Origin: Calditrichales bacterium
GTDB taxonomy: Bacteria > Calditrichota > Calditrichia > Calditrichales > J004
DNA: 64,000 bases
Assembly (NCBI GenBank): GCA_965267575.1
Contig: OZ254086.1
Span: forward strand, 3,168,001 to 3,232,000
Reading direction: 5' to 3'
The translations under genes were made by a program, and so were the position numbers. Positions within the stretch are counted from its first letter, which is position 1, and each line of letters begins with the position of its first letter. Shown in pieces: positions 10,474 through 21,392 of this stretch. The notes beneath the pieces were generated by a model that saw nothing but the letters and a program-made list of their open reading frames with translations, ran no database searches and was not told the DNA's origin.

Positions 10474-12452
10474 TTTATTGCAGAAATCGTTGAAGATATC
10501 TGTTTAGTTAAGAAATCACCATATTGACCAGCAACCATTTTATTTAATATAACTAATATATCTTTAACAGTTTTGGGAAAGTGAGATGATAGAGGTATTA
10601 TTAAACAAAGAATCAGTGCATAGTCTTCTAGCTCAAGCGCAGGTCTTGAAATAATATCATTTATTTGAGCCTCTACGATCATAGCATAGTCCTCTGATGG
10701 TAAATGATAGATGGTATTTGCAAGCTTTCTTAAGGGCTGAAGTGCATCATATAAAGTCGGTCGTTTTCTCCAATAATAATAAGAATGAGAAACCCCATCA
10801 TTTACTAGGACGGCAAAAGGAACAACCCCTCCTTCACGATATACTTTAGATATCTCTACTTGAGATTTCAAGATATGTCTGTAACATTCCTGATATTTCT
10901 TTTTTGATAAAAGCGGGGCTGTTGATAGGCACCTGTATAACAAAGTAAGGTTTCTTGTCCTTCTCGCCATAGCCGGATAAGTTTTGATTGAACTTAAGTC
11001 CGATTTAGAAAGAATGATATCTACAAGTTGCTCAGGTTCTTCTCTGATAGCTAAGATAAATTCTATTACGGCTGACCAATCCTCAGCTTCTAAGAATTTT
11101 TTTACGATATCGTAGTCGATCCTTCTTGAAAGTATAGCCCTTGCGGTAAAATATTCCTGAAATGAAGGGTGGCTAAACCCAAATGCATTAATTGATATCT
11201 TTTCAAAAATGCCATGATGACTTTCGATCTCCCTCAAAACATCAATCGCCTGACCTCTAGAAATACCAAATTTTTCGCCGTAGTTTGCAATTTCATCAAC
11301 CAACGTTTGTTCTGGAAAAATATATCTTGGTTGATCTTTAAAAAAGTAATATGCGACATGCTCAAAAATCCTTAGCTTTCTGTCATCCGTTAGCTGCTGA
11401 AATGCAGTTTCTCTTCGAAAACCTCTCGTTGCATCCCAGTCTCGCAATAAAGCTTCAACGCATCTCTGATATAGCTCTACTTTTCTTTTAGGGAGGCTAA
11501 GGTCATGGCGGAACTGAATACATAATAAGCTTAACAATAAAGGGGTCTCTGTTAAAGCAGATACCGCTTCGTCGTTTTTAAGATGCTTTAAGAGCTTTTG
11601 TGCTTTTTCCATGTCCTTATTGAACCATGCTTTGACAATTTTCCTAACCGCGCTATCTGACAGCCTTACAAGCTCTACATCATAAAAATCTTCCAAAATC
11701 TCGTCATAGTCTGCAGTTCTGCAAGTCAGTACAATTGAACAATTCGGAAACCTATTTATAAAAGATTTGATGTCGTTAATAATATCATGTTTATCTGTCT
11801 TAGGTACCTCGTCTAGAGAATCTAGCAGCAAGATGCCTAAATCTTTTTTGAACGCTCTTTCCAAAAAAGCAGAAGCATATTCGTCTGTCCTAGCCTTAAG
11901 TTCATTTGCCGCATATTCAAAAATATTTAATTCACTTTTGGCCAAATCAGGTAAAGATATGAAAATCGGAAATTTCGAAACTTTTAAATTAGTAGTTTGA
12001 AATGTTTTTTTGTCAGAATATGCATAAGCAAGAAACCTGAGAAATGTAGTTTTGCCTGTTCCAGGGCCGCCTAGAATCATTACTTTATTGTGTTTTTCTA
12101 TATACTCATCTGCTCTTTTAATAGCCGGACTTTTTTTTCTTCGTATTTTCTTTATTGTCATTAACTCGTTTCTTTTATACCAGTCTTTTTCATATAGCCT
12201 TCGATATATCGTTGTTGATACATAAGCGGGGTAATAGATATCTATTAGCTTTATTGGCGCTTGCATGCCTAATATTTTGATTGTGTTCATTCTCTGTTTT
12301 AGCGACTTAAACTGAGAACGCCGATATTTATGCAGGAAATCTTTCGCTTCAATAGATTTATTTACACCGTTAAATACAGAGCTAATCGATGTCTTAATTG
12401 GTTCATCAAACCAACCCAATAGCGGTAATGAGTTTGCTGGTGATTTTGGCAT
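10470..12452 (-). CDS. NACHT-family (STAND) NTPase
   Basis: Walker A GGPGTGKT, Walker B LLLDSLDE, LTCR sensor, TPLLL, FSHPSFQEYFTA winged-helix motif. Confidence 0.9.
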   Translation of the reverse strand: MPKSPANSLPLLGWFDEPIKTSISSVFNGVNKSIEAKDFLHKYRRSQFKSLKQRMNTIKILGMQAPIKLIDIYYPAYVSTTIYRRLYEKDWYKRNELMTIKKIRRKKSPAIKRADEYIEKHNKVMILGGPGTGKTTFLRFLAYAYSDKKTFQTTNLKVSKFPIFISLPDLAKSELNIFEYAANELKARTDEYASAFLERAFKKDLGILLLDSLDEVPKTDKHDIINDIKSFINRFPNCSIVLTCRTADYDEILEDFYDVELVRLSDSAVRKIVKAWFNKDMEKAQKLLKHLKNDEAVSALTETPLLLSLLCIQFRHDLSLPKRKVELYQRCVEALLRDWDATRGFRRETAFQQLTDDRKLRIFEHVAYYFFKDQPRYIFPEQTLVDEIANYGEKFGISRGQAIDVLREIESHHGIFEKISINAFGFSHPSFQEYFTARAILSRRIDYDIVKKFLEAEDWSAVIEFILAIREEPEQLVDIILSKSDLSSIKTYPAMARRTRNLTLLYRCLSTAPLLSKKKYQECYRHILKSQVEISKVYREGGVVPFAVLVNDGVSHSYYYWRKRPTLYDALQPLRKLANTIYHLPSEDYAMIVEAQINDIISRPALELEDYALILCLIIPLSSHFPKTVKDILVILNKMVAGQYGDFLTKQISSTISAIK

Positions 12453-12612
12453 TTAAAGCCCCTCATTTACTAGCACTATAAATTTACGATAAACTTATAT
12501 ATCTAATGCAATAAGTTCAACACAGTTTTACGTTTTACTACTTTTGATAGGTACAAAATTTCACCAGTTTTTGTAATAGCCCTCCTATAGAAGGACACGA
12601 GAAAACGTTTTC

Positions 12613-12918
12613 CTAACCAGTATTTTGTATTACTTTAACACCAGTTTCTAACTCCAGTCCAGTTTGTCTATTTTGAACTTCGAGATCATAATGGGATTGC
12701 AGGTTTATCCAAAACTGTGCAGACATTCCAAAGTAGCGCCCTAAACGCAAGGCGGTATCCGCAGAAATCGCCCGTTTTTGATGCACGATTTCGTTAATAC
12801 GGCGTGCCGGTACACTGATATCTTTTGCCAACTTATATTGGCTGATTCCCATTTCATCTAAAAATTCTTCTTTAAGAATTTCTCCGGGATGAATGGGCGG
12901 CATTTTTTTAATACTCAT
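12613..12918 (-). CDS. higA: HigA-family antitoxin, no adjacent toxin
   Basis: PPIHPGEIL, HTH, ISADTALRLGRYF, FWINLQSHYDL. Confidence 0.88.
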   Translation of the reverse strand: MSIKKMPPIHPGEILKEEFLDEMGISQYKLAKDISVPARRINEIVHQKRAISADTALRLGRYFGMSAQFWINLQSHYDLEVQNRQTGLELETGVKVIQNTG

Positions 12919-12977
12919 ACATTGACACTCTTAACCTAGACAAGTAGTGTTAAGAATTTGATACGATATTTTTTTAG

Positions 12978-13850
12978 TTAATTTGACAATCTTAGCGGAC
13001 TTCTTTTTTTAAGAATCTCAAGACAATCAGCCGTACAAGAAGAAAGAATTTTTAGCCACGTTTCGATCAATTTAGAGACTTCTTCATAGTTCCAAATAGA
13101 ATCTTTTATTTTTCTATGATCATAAAGAACACCATCAAAAGTACATTCTTCTTTTAGCTTTTCTAAACTATGATGCTTAGTTACCTTTTTTTTTAAGTCA
13201 ATTTCAAATCTCTTTATCTCATCTTTTGCATATAGTGGTATCATATATGGCCAACCATGATGCTTCTTTACACCATATATTTCAATTCTTGGTTCAAGGC
13301 GATGAATTTTTAAGTTCCTATATCGTTCTATTCTGTTGAATCTGGAATCGTTTAGCTTTTCTAATATTTTCAAAAACTTTTCAGGGTTTTTCCATTTTAG
13401 TCCGTATTTTTTTGGGAATTTCATTCTGTCATAAACAGATTTAAAATCAAGAACCTCATTTCTTTTTTCTGGATTGAAATTACAAAAGTAGGACCAAACC
13501 ATTAGTGCAATTTTATCACGACAAGAATCTATCCTGGTAATGCAGTTGTCGCTAAAATATCCGACGCGAAAATCTACATGTGCTGGCAAAGAATTAGGTG
13601 TATTTTCATTTTTATACTTTTTTTCATATGCCTTTAACCAGCAATAACTGTAAGCAATTTCCTTACATAAGCCAATTACTGAAATAGCCCAGTGGACAAC
13701 ATTGAACTTTGGGTCAAATTGAATTCCACTCCTGTATGCTTTATCAATAAAAGAAATTGATATTCTTAAAAAACGGTTCCACTCTGGCCATGCGCGAAGT
13801 ATTATTTCTTCATTCTTGTAATAGTTTTCCATATAATTTTTCTTCATCAA
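12978..13850 (-). CDS. Putative HEPN-domain RNase (Cthe_2314-like)
   Basis: Helical protein with RNLKIH (RxxxxH) and an upstream SCRDKIA helix; AT-rich. Confidence 0.6.
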   Translation of the reverse strand: MMKKNYMENYYKNEEIILRAWPEWNRFLRISISFIDKAYRSGIQFDPKFNVVHWAISVIGLCKEIAYSYCWLKAYEKKYKNENTPNSLPAHVDFRVGYFSDNCITRIDSCRDKIALMVWSYFCNFNPEKRNEVLDFKSVYDRMKFPKKYGLKWKNPEKFLKILEKLNDSRFNRIERYRNLKIHRLEPRIEIYGVKKHHGWPYMIPLYAKDEIKRFEIDLKKKVTKHHSLEKLKEECTFDGVLYDHRKIKDSIWNYEEVSKLIETWLKILSSCTADCLEILKKRSPLRLSN

Positions 13851-13928
13851 ATTGTAATTAAGGCCTTATTACAAATAACAGTATCCATAGGCTCATAGCT
13901 ATGGTTAGCATGTATCTACTTCCACCAC

Positions 13929-15278
13929 CTATTCCTTCTGTTTGTAATAATGCTGCCTGGTCAGGCGCAGGATGACCGGTGACAGCAGCAGCAAACCGAT
14001 CAGGTTGGGCAGCGCCATGAGGCCGTTAAATACATCGGCGACAGACCAGACCAGGTCCAGCTTTGTAACCGCACCGACCAATACGAAAGCGCAAAAAACC
14101 ACGCGGTAGGGCCGCACCCATTTTTCGCCGAAAATAAATTCCAGCGATTTCTCCCCGTAATAGCTCCAGCCCAGCAGCGTCGAATAGGCGAAAAAGATCA
14201 GGCCGCTGGCAACGATAAACCCACCCCATTGGCCGGGCAGTCCGGCGGAAAATGCGGTGGAGGTCAAAGCTGCGCCTGTTTCGCCACTGTTCCAGACGCC
14301 GGTGGAGAGAATCACAAAACCGGTGAGTGAGCAAACGATGATCGTGTCGATGAAGGTCTGTGTCATGGAGACCAGCGCCTGGCGCACGGGATCGCTTGTT
14401 TGTGCTGCCGCCGCGGCAATCGGTGAACTACCCAGACCGCTTTCATTGGAGAAGACGCCACGAGCCACGCCCCAGCGCACGGTTTCCATTACAACAGCGC
14501 CGGCAAATCCGCCACCGGCTGCAGTCGGGGTAAAAGCGTGTTTAAAAACCATGGCGATGACTTCGGGTACCATATCAATCTTTACAATTATGACAAACAA
14601 TGCACCCAGCATGTAGAGCACGATCATAAACGGCACCAGCAGGCCGGTTACGCGCGAGATGCTTTTGATGCCGCCGAGAATTACCAGGCCTGTGGCCACG
14701 GTCAGCACTACGCCCGTGATCCAGGGTGAGATGCCAAAGTTGGTCAGCACGACGTCGGCCACGGAATTGGACTGTACCATGTTGCCGATACCGAAAGCCG
14801 ACACGGCGGCAAAAATGGCAAAAGCGGTACCCAGCCATTTCCACCCCAGACCCTTGGAGATATAGTACATCGGGCCGCCGCTCATGGTGCCGAACTTATC
14901 CACTTCGCGGTAGTTAACGGCCAGAACAGCTTCACCGTATTTAGTGGCCATACCGAACAGCCCGGTAATCCACATCCAGAACAGCGCGCCGGGACCACCC
15001 AGCGTAATGGCCGTTGCCACACCGGCGATGTTACCGGTGCCGACGGTGGCGGCGAGCGCCGTCATCAGTGCCTGGAAGTGGGTGATGTCGCCTTCGGATT
15101 CTTCTTTTTCTTTACGTTCGATGAGGGCCAGTTTGAGCGAAACGAGCAGGCCGCGGAACTGGATGCCGCGTAGCAGGAAAGTGAGATAAATGCCCGTTCC
15201 TACGAGCAGGATAAGCATCGGCCAGCCCCACACATAGCCGCTGAGCGTCTGAAAGAAATCGATGATCTGTTGTTGCAT
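13929..15278 (-). CDS. Alanine/glycine:cation symporter (AGCS family)
   Basis: [48 protein letters not shown] before ATG 15278. Confidence 0.95.
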   Translation of the reverse strand: MQQQIIDFFQTLSGYVWGWPMLILLVGTGIYLTFLLRGIQFRGLLVSLKLALIERKEKEESEGDITHFQALMTALAATVGTGNIAGVATAITLGGPGALFWMWITGLFGMATKYGEAVLAVNYREVDKFGTMSGGPMYYISKGLGWKWLGTAFAIFAAVSAFGIGNMVQSNSVADVVLTNFGISPWITGVVLTVATGLVILGGIKSISRVTGLLVPFMIVLYMLGALFVIIVKIDMVPEVIAMVFKHAFTPTAAGGGFAGAVVMETVRWGVARGVFSNESGLGSSPIAAAAAQTSDPVRQALVSMTQTFIDTIIVCSLTGFVILSTGVWNSGETGAALTSTAFSAGLPGQWGGFIVASGLIFFAYSTLLGWSYYGEKSLEFIFGEKWVRPYRVVFCAFVLVGAVTKLDLVWSVADVFNGLMALPNLIGLLLLSPVILRLTRQHYYKQKE

Positions 15279-15374
15279 GCAGTGCCTCCCCAAAGAATAA
15301 GATGTTCATTAATAATTATTTTAGGGGAAATATGCAACGGGGAATATTGACTTCCGCCATGGCCCGAACCTGAT

Positions 15375-15962
15375 CTACCAAAGCTGCCCGCTAACGGTAA
15401 CCCCGACATTAAAGCTCACACTTTTCTGCATGCTATCAGGAAAAGGGGGGATGGTGAACTCCTCTTTACCGTAAATAGGTTCACCATTTTCGTCTATTCC
15501 GATGATTCTCTTTGTCGTCCCCCTGCTGGCTTTATAACTTCTCGAATAGTCTGAAAAGTTAAAACTGCCAAATATCTCCATTGCTGTTGTTGGACGATAG
15601 GATAAAACGACCTCGGGCTGTACGTAGAAACTGTTGGTCGCATCTCCGCCCGTCCCATAAAGCCCCTCGGAGATGGTTTGCTCAGGGAAAAAGTGGAGCG
15701 CCGCCGAAAGGGTGATGTTATCTGTGAGACCCAGATACGATCTCATATTTATAGAGTACGCATTTCGTTCGATGCCGCTTTCACTTTCAGGTCTGGATTC
15801 TTCCGAACTGTTGTTTTGAAAATAGAGACTGGTAATATATTGCCCGCTTTTAAGAAATGGATTATTAAATCCGACAGGCACCATGTGTTCCAGTTGCTGG
15901 GCCGGTAAAACACTGCAAAGAAGTAGCGTAACTAAAGCTGTTAACGAAGCATATCTTAACAT
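15375..15962 (-). CDS. Exported hypothetical protein, possible small outer-membrane beta-barrel
   Basis: Signal peptide, amphipathic beta-strands, C-terminal aromatic residue (FNVGVTVSGQLW). Confidence 0.5.
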   Translation of the reverse strand: MLRYASLTALVTLLLCSVLPAQQLEHMVPVGFNNPFLKSGQYITSLYFQNNSSEESRPESESGIERNAYSINMRSYLGLTDNITLSAALHFFPEQTISEGLYGTGGDATNSFYVQPEVVLSYRPTTAMEIFGSFNFSDYSRSYKASRGTTKRIIGIDENGEPIYGKEEFTIPPFPDSMQKSVSFNVGVTVSGQLW

Positions 15963-16087
15963 AATAAACTCCCTTTTAATTATGTAAAACTATAATACTG
16001 TTTAACCTTATGGTTTTCCGTTAAAATAATAGGGAGTGTTTCAAAAAGAATCAAATATTAAATAAAGTTATTTCGCCGTACCGCTGG

Positions 16088-16852
16088 CTATTTGTCGGTT
16101 GATTTAACGGTTTCAATAATGGCAGACACGACAATCTTTTGTTGTTTCTCCCGGGAGATGGCGGCGTCGTTGTCTCCCAGTTGTGGACCGTAATAGCCAA
16201 ACTGCGCGTGATTGGCCCCTTCTATTTGAATCCATTGCGTATGTTCAGGGAGATTGTCAGCCGTCTCACGGATCTTATGCGGCGGCGCCACACCGTCCAG
16301 CGTACCATAGATTTTTTTCACGGGTATATCCAGGTGCGATAGATCGAATCGCTTGGGGTGGGACGTTCCTATCAGGACAAGGGCATCAATTTGTGAAGCG
16401 TGTTTTTGGGCCAGTAAAGCGCCCATTTCTCCACCTTTGGAGTGACCGCAGACCGTCCAGTTTTCGATAAATGGAAATACAGCCCGTGCAGCGATCGCGT
16501 TATTAACGGCTTCGTCCTTGTGGTTGTCAAATGGCGCAAAACGCCAGGGCAGCTTCACGATAATCGAAAGGATACCGTTTTCTGCCAACTTTCTGTTCAG
16601 TGGTAAATAGGCATAGGGATCAACGCCGCCGCCTGGGAAAAACAATACCGCGCTTTGAACGGAATCGCTCACCGGCGAAAAGACAATCCAATTATCTTCA
16701 TCATTTATGACAACATGTTCATCATTATGCCTTAGCTTATCTGCATAGCCTTTCGCGGAAAAAGACCAAAACTGCTAGGCGACAAAAGCCAGGCCTGCTG
16801 TAACCCAGACAATACGTATCCATTTCATAATCTTTGTTTTGGTTAAACTCAT
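16088..16852 (-). pseudogene. Alpha/beta hydrolase interrupted by an in-frame TAG at 16775-16777
   Basis: GHSKGG nucleophile elbow, DG and GANHAQFG; the frame extends upstream to ATG 16852 with a GGAGG RBS and TM helix but contains one TAG. Confidence 0.75.
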
Positions 16853-17016
16853 ATTCCTCCCTGGTTTATGTGTGAACGCAAAGACTTGTCTACGGCAAAA
16901 AGTATAAACTGTTTAAGAAAACTTATTTTCAAGAGCCCGCAAGTTTGTTGAGCGTTTTACAACGTCGTATTTTTCGCACTACGATATTTCTGTTCAACCC
17001 AAAACGGAGTGGAGAT

Positions 17017-18786
17017 ATGAATGTGCATCTGAAAACTGTTTTGATTTTGCTTGTTACGCTGTGTGCATCTCTGAGCGCGCGCGATATCAGCGGCGACTGG
17101 AAAGGCACGCTGGACGTAAACGGCAATTTGCTATCGCTGGTGTTCCATTTTGAAAAAGATCAAGCCGGCTACAGCGGCACGATGGACAGTCCCGACCAGG
17201 GCGCCTTTGGCATCCCGCTGGCCAATATTGTGATTAGTGAAAAAGGCATCCTGCTCGATGTACCGGCCGTTGGCGGCAGCTACAGCGGCACATTTCTGGA
17301 GGACGGCGTTTTAGAAGGACAGTGGAGCCAGGGCGGCATGTCGCTGCCTTTGCGGTTGAACAAAATCGTTGCTGACGTCAAAGAAAAGAAGGCGGTGCTT
17401 TCCAAAAAGCAGACGGAGCGGCTAAGCGGCAACTGGCAGGGCCTGCTCAATGCAGGTGCGGCAAAATTAACGATTGTATTCCGGCTGAAGGCAGATGAAG
17501 CCGGCAAGCTGAAAGGCTCTATGGATAGTCCCGACCAGGGCGCCACGGATATTCCGGTTGAAAGCGTGACCATTGAGAAAGACGGTAAAACGTTTCTGAT
17601 CAGTGTGCCGTCGATTGGCGGCAGCTACCGGGCACAATTCACGGCCAGCGGCGATTCTTTGACCGGCACGTGGATGCAATCGGGCCAGAAACTGCCGCTT
17701 GATTTGGGTAAGGTGGGGCAGGTGCAAAAACCCAAACGCCCGCAGGAGCCAAAAGCACCGTATCCCTATAACGAAGAAGAGGTTTTTTTCCTAAATGAAA
17801 AGGACAGTATAAAGCTGGCGGGTACGTTGACGCTGCCCCGAGGAAAAGCACCTTATCCCGGTGTGGTGCTTGTTTCCGGCTCCGGCCCGCAGGACCGTGA
17901 TGAGACGATCTTTGGCCATAAACCGTTCAAGGTGCTGGCGGATTACTTCACACGTAACGGCTATGCGGTTTTGCGCTATGATGACCGTGGTACAGCTCAA
18001 TCCGAGGGAGAGCATGCCGGCGCCACGTCCGTTGATCTGGCGCGTGATGCCGCCGCAGCATTTGATTTTCTGCGCAATGATAAACGCATACACCCTGAGC
18101 AAGTCGGAATGATTGGTCACAGCGAGGGCGGTTTGATTATACCGATGGTAGCGGCTGACCATCCGGATGTCGCGTTTCTTGTCTTGATGGCGGCGCCCGG
18201 TGTGAGCGGCAGTGAGCTTCTTTTAAAACAACAGCGGCTGGTTTTTAAGGCTATGGGATTCAGCGATTCTCTTATCGAAGAAAACAGCCGGCTGAATGCC
18301 AAAATATTCAATATGCTTAAAAATGAACTGGAAGATGAAGTTTTGCGCACCGAGATGGAGGGGGCCTTTCGTGAGCATTATGAAAACCTGCCGGACCAGC
18401 TAAAACGTGAGTTCGATAAACTGGGCAATTTAGAGCTGCGCACCAGCAGTAATATGGAAGCTTACCTGTCGCCGTGGTTTCGCTATTTTATCGACTATGA
18501 CCCGGCGCCGGTTTTATATGACGTAAAATGTCCCATTCTTGCAGTTAACGGTTCGTTGGATGTGCAGGTGGATGCGGAGCAGAATTTGGGCACCCTAAAG
18601 CAGATATTGGAAGACGCCGGTCATCCCGATTACACGATCAAAGTGTTTGAGGGATTAAACCATCTTTTTCAGCCGGCGGAAACAGGCGCTATTGCAGAAT
18701 ATGGTCAGATTGAAATTACCTTCTCCGAAGAGGCCATGCGCTTTATCCTAAATTGGATGAAAGCCCAAACAGACAAGGCAGGTTGA
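17017..18786 (+). CDS. Exported alpha/beta hydrolase with duplicated N-terminal beta domains
   Basis: Signal peptide; two W.G.L...MDSPDQGA repeats; GSGPQDRD, GHSEGG, DVQV, GLNHLFQ. Confidence 0.88.
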   Translation: MNVHLKTVLILLVTLCASLSARDISGDWKGTLDVNGNLLSLVFHFEKDQAGYSGTMDSPDQGAFGIPLANIVISEKGILLDVPAVGGSYSGTFLEDGVLEGQWSQGGMSLPLRLNKIVADVKEKKAVLSKKQTERLSGNWQGLLNAGAAKLTIVFRLKADEAGKLKGSMDSPDQGATDIPVESVTIEKDGKTFLISVPSIGGSYRAQFTASGDSLTGTWMQSGQKLPLDLGKVGQVQKPKRPQEPKAPYPYNEEEVFFLNEKDSIKLAGTLTLPRGKAPYPGVVLVSGSGPQDRDETIFGHKPFKVLADYFTRNGYAVLRYDDRGTAQSEGEHAGATSVDLARDAAAAFDFLRNDKRIHPEQVGMIGHSEGGLIIPMVAADHPDVAFLVLMAAPGVSGSELLLKQQRLVFKAMGFSDSLIEENSRLNAKIFNMLKNELEDEVLRTEMEGAFREHYENLPDQLKREFDKLGNLELRTSSNMEAYLSPWFRYFIDYDPAPVLYDVKCPILAVNGSLDVQVDAEQNLGTLKQILEDAGHPDYTIKVFEGLNHLFQPAETGAIAEYGQIEITFSEEAMRFILNWMKAQTDKAG

Positions 18787-18788
18787 AA

Positions 18789-20351
18789 TTAGGAAGCCGG
18801 ATTTGCCGTGGTTTGCCAAATCGCAATGAGCTTTTCAAACTGACTTATTAATGTTGAGGGACGAAATGGTTTTTGAATAAAGCCACAGGGTTTCTCTTCC
18901 GTAAAATATTGTTTCAGTTCGTTTTCCGAATGGCCGCTGAGAATGATAACAGGTACGCCCGGATTTATATTTTTCATTTTATGAAAGATTTTATCACCAC
19001 GCGGTCCGGGCATTGTAAAGTCCAATAAGACGGCCTTAAGGGTATGATGCCTTTCCTGAAAAATGCGCAAGCCTTCTTCGCCATCCGCCGTGGTTAAAGC
19101 AGTTAAGCCGGAATTTTCCAGAGTCAGCGAAACAACTTGTCGAATACTGTGCTCATCGTCGATAACAAGGATTTCTTTTTTGTCAGTCCTACTTTCCCCG
19201 GGCCCCACAACGGTCTGATGATTTTCCTCGTCCGCAAAGGGGAAAAATACCTTAAATGAACTGCCTTTTCCCGTCTTGCTCTCCAGCATCAACGCGCCAT
19301 TGTTTGCGCGAATAATCCCCTCAACCGCCGCGAGACCCAAACCACGCCCAATAAACTTGGTGCTAAAAAAGGGGTCGAATATTTTATTTGTCATTCCGGG
19401 TTCAATCCCGCTGCCGTTATCCCGGACTTCAAGCATCAAAAATCTTCCAATGGCGCTAGTGTGATCGATAAAACATTTTTTTAAACAGCTCAAATCGCAG
19501 TTCACCACTTTGGTTATAATTTCTACCTGTCCGCGGTCGTGATCTATCGATTCGGCTGCGTTTGAGCAGAGATTTAGCACCAGTTGCCGGATTTGATCTG
19601 CGTCTGAATGGATCTTTGGCAAAGATGAAGAAAGCGTCGTTTTCAGCTTAATTTTTTTAGATAGGAGGAGCCTAATAAGATCGCTTATTTTGTTTATTTC
19701 TGCGCTTATATCCAGATCGCGTTTGAAAAACATTCCCTTTCCCGAATAGGCCAGAAGTTGTTTCAAAATATCGGCTGCCCTGCCTGCCGATTGTTGAGCG
19801 TTTGACAAAAGCTCTCGTACAGGCGAGCCTTTTTCCAACCGCATCATTGCCAGCTCGTTATAACCGATTATTCCGGTAAGAATATTGTTTAATTCATGCG
19901 CCAAACCACCTGCCAGTGCGCCTATGCTTTCCAGCTTTTGAGTGTGACGTATTTTTTCTTCCAGGTTGCGACGTTCGTCATCTATCTCTTTCTGTTTGGA
20001 GACATCCCTGACAACACCAATCATGCCCAGGGGTTTGCCGGAAGAGTTTTTGATTAAAGAAGTTGTGACGCTCGCGGGAAAAATGGTATTGTCTTTCTTA
20101 CGCTGATCTATTTCACCGGACCATGAGCCGCTCTCCATGATCGATGGGATTATGATTTCTTCCGAAATAGATTTGTTCCAGTTTAAAATATTGACATGTT
20201 TGCCCGTCAATTCGCCTTCCTGGTAGCCGTATATCATCTCCGAAGCTTTATTGCTAAAAAGGATATTGCCTCGAAGGTCAGTGATATTTATGCCGTCAAC
20301 GCTTGTTCTCACGGCATGCATAAACAATTCAAGGAGGTCGTCGGTTGCCAT
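18789..20351 (-). CDS. PAS-domain hybrid histidine kinase/response regulator
   Basis: PAS/PAC, H-box GLAHELNN, DNGSG, FDPFFSTK, GLGL, C-terminal receiver domain. Confidence 0.93.
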   Translation of the reverse strand: MATDDLLELFMHAVRTSVDGINITDLRGNILFSNKASEMIYGYQEGELTGKHVNILNWNKSISEEIIIPSIMESGSWSGEIDQRKKDNTIFPASVTTSLIKNSSGKPLGMIGVVRDVSKQKEIDDERRNLEEKIRHTQKLESIGALAGGLAHELNNILTGIIGYNELAMMRLEKGSPVRELLSNAQQSAGRAADILKQLLAYSGKGMFFKRDLDISAEINKISDLIRLLLSKKIKLKTTLSSSLPKIHSDADQIRQLVLNLCSNAAESIDHDRGQVEIITKVVNCDLSCLKKCFIDHTSAIGRFLMLEVRDNGSGIEPGMTNKIFDPFFSTKFIGRGLGLAAVEGIIRANNGALMLESKTGKGSSFKVFFPFADEENHQTVVGPGESRTDKKEILVIDDEHSIRQVVSLTLENSGLTALTTADGEEGLRIFQERHHTLKAVLLDFTMPGPRGDKIFHKMKNINPGVPVIILSGHSENELKQYFTEEKPCGFIQKPFRPSTLISQFEKLIAIWQTTANPAS

Positions 20352-20564
20352 CGTATTATCCTAAGTGAGTACAGCGAAATCTATCACATACTCGTTGACA
20401 ATGCACTTTTTTATAAGCCCCACATTACAAATATTGAAACCTAAGGCTTTCAATGCTGAGTTTTACGCGGTAAGTGGAGTAATTTGATAGAATATGGAGA
20501 CATCTGTATTTTCAGCCAATATCGGCTAAAGCAGCAAAATTGACGACGTCTGGGAGCTTTGGAT

Positions 20565-21392
20565 ATGAATTTAAAAGGAAAAACCATAATCATCACCGGC
20601 GCCAGCCGCGGGATAGGCAAAGCCATGGCGCTGCGTTTTGCGCAGGATGGAGCCAATGTCGTTGCCGCAGCTAAATCTCTGAAGCCCCACCCCAAGCTTC
20701 CCGGCACAATTACTGAAACGGCAAAGCTGGCGGAAGAACAGGGTGGCAAAGGGCTGGCCATCCAGGTAGATGTACGTTACCCCGAACAGGTGCAGGAAAT
20801 GGTGCAAAAGACCGTTAACACTTTTGGCGGCATAGATGTGTTGATTAACAATGCCGGCGCCATTAGCCTGACCAACGTTGAAAACACCAGCGTCAAGCTT
20901 TTCGACCGTATGCACACGGTTAACGATCGCGCCGTTTTTTTATGCAGCCGGGCAGCATTGCCTTATTTAAAAAAATCGGCAACTCCCCATATACTAAACT
21001 TGTCGCCGCCGCTCAACCTTAATCCCAAATGGCTGAAAGACTACATCCCATACACGCGCAGCAAATACGGCATGACGCTTATGACGCTGGGCATGTCGGA
21101 AGAATTCCGCGAGGCAGGGATTGCGGTTAACAGCCTGTGGCCACGCACACTGATTGCCACGGCCGCCATCGAATTTGCCGTTGGTGATAAAAAAATGCTT
21201 AAACAATGCCGCAAGCCGGAGATCATGGCCGACGCTGCATACAGCATTATCACAACCAAAAGCACTTGGCTGACGGGGCAGTGCCTGATAGATGAGCAGG
21301 TGTTGCGCGAAAACGGCACGGAAGATTTTTCCGTTTATTCTGCCGATGCCGATAATCCCGATAACCTTTTACCCGATATCTTTCTTGACTGA
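20565..21392 (+). CDS. Short-chain dehydrogenase/reductase (HSDL2-like)
   Basis: TGASRGIG, NNAG, YTRSK, PHPKLPGTI. Confidence 0.92.
   Translation: MNLKGKTIIITGASRGIGKAMALRFAQDGANVVAAAKSLKPHPKLPGTITETAKLAEEQGGKGLAIQVDVRYPEQVQEMVQKTVNTFGGIDVLINNAGAISLTNVENTSVKLFDRMHTVNDRAVFLCSRAALPYLKKSATPHILNLSPPLNLNPKWLKDYIPYTRSKYGMTLMTLGMSEEFREAGIAVNSLWPRTLIATAAIEFAVGDKKMLKQCRKPEIMADAAYSIITTKSTWLTGQCLIDEQVLRENGTEDFSVYSADADNPDNLLPDIFLD

Noticed and set aside
12919..13928. Integron attC sites around the AT-rich genes
   Set aside because: The TAAC...GTT pairs are too short and lack extended complementarity; no integrase seen
20433..20454. ATTGAAA-N8-TTTCAAT palindrome resembling a CRISPR repeat end
   Set aside because: Single copy; may be an operator but cannot be assigned
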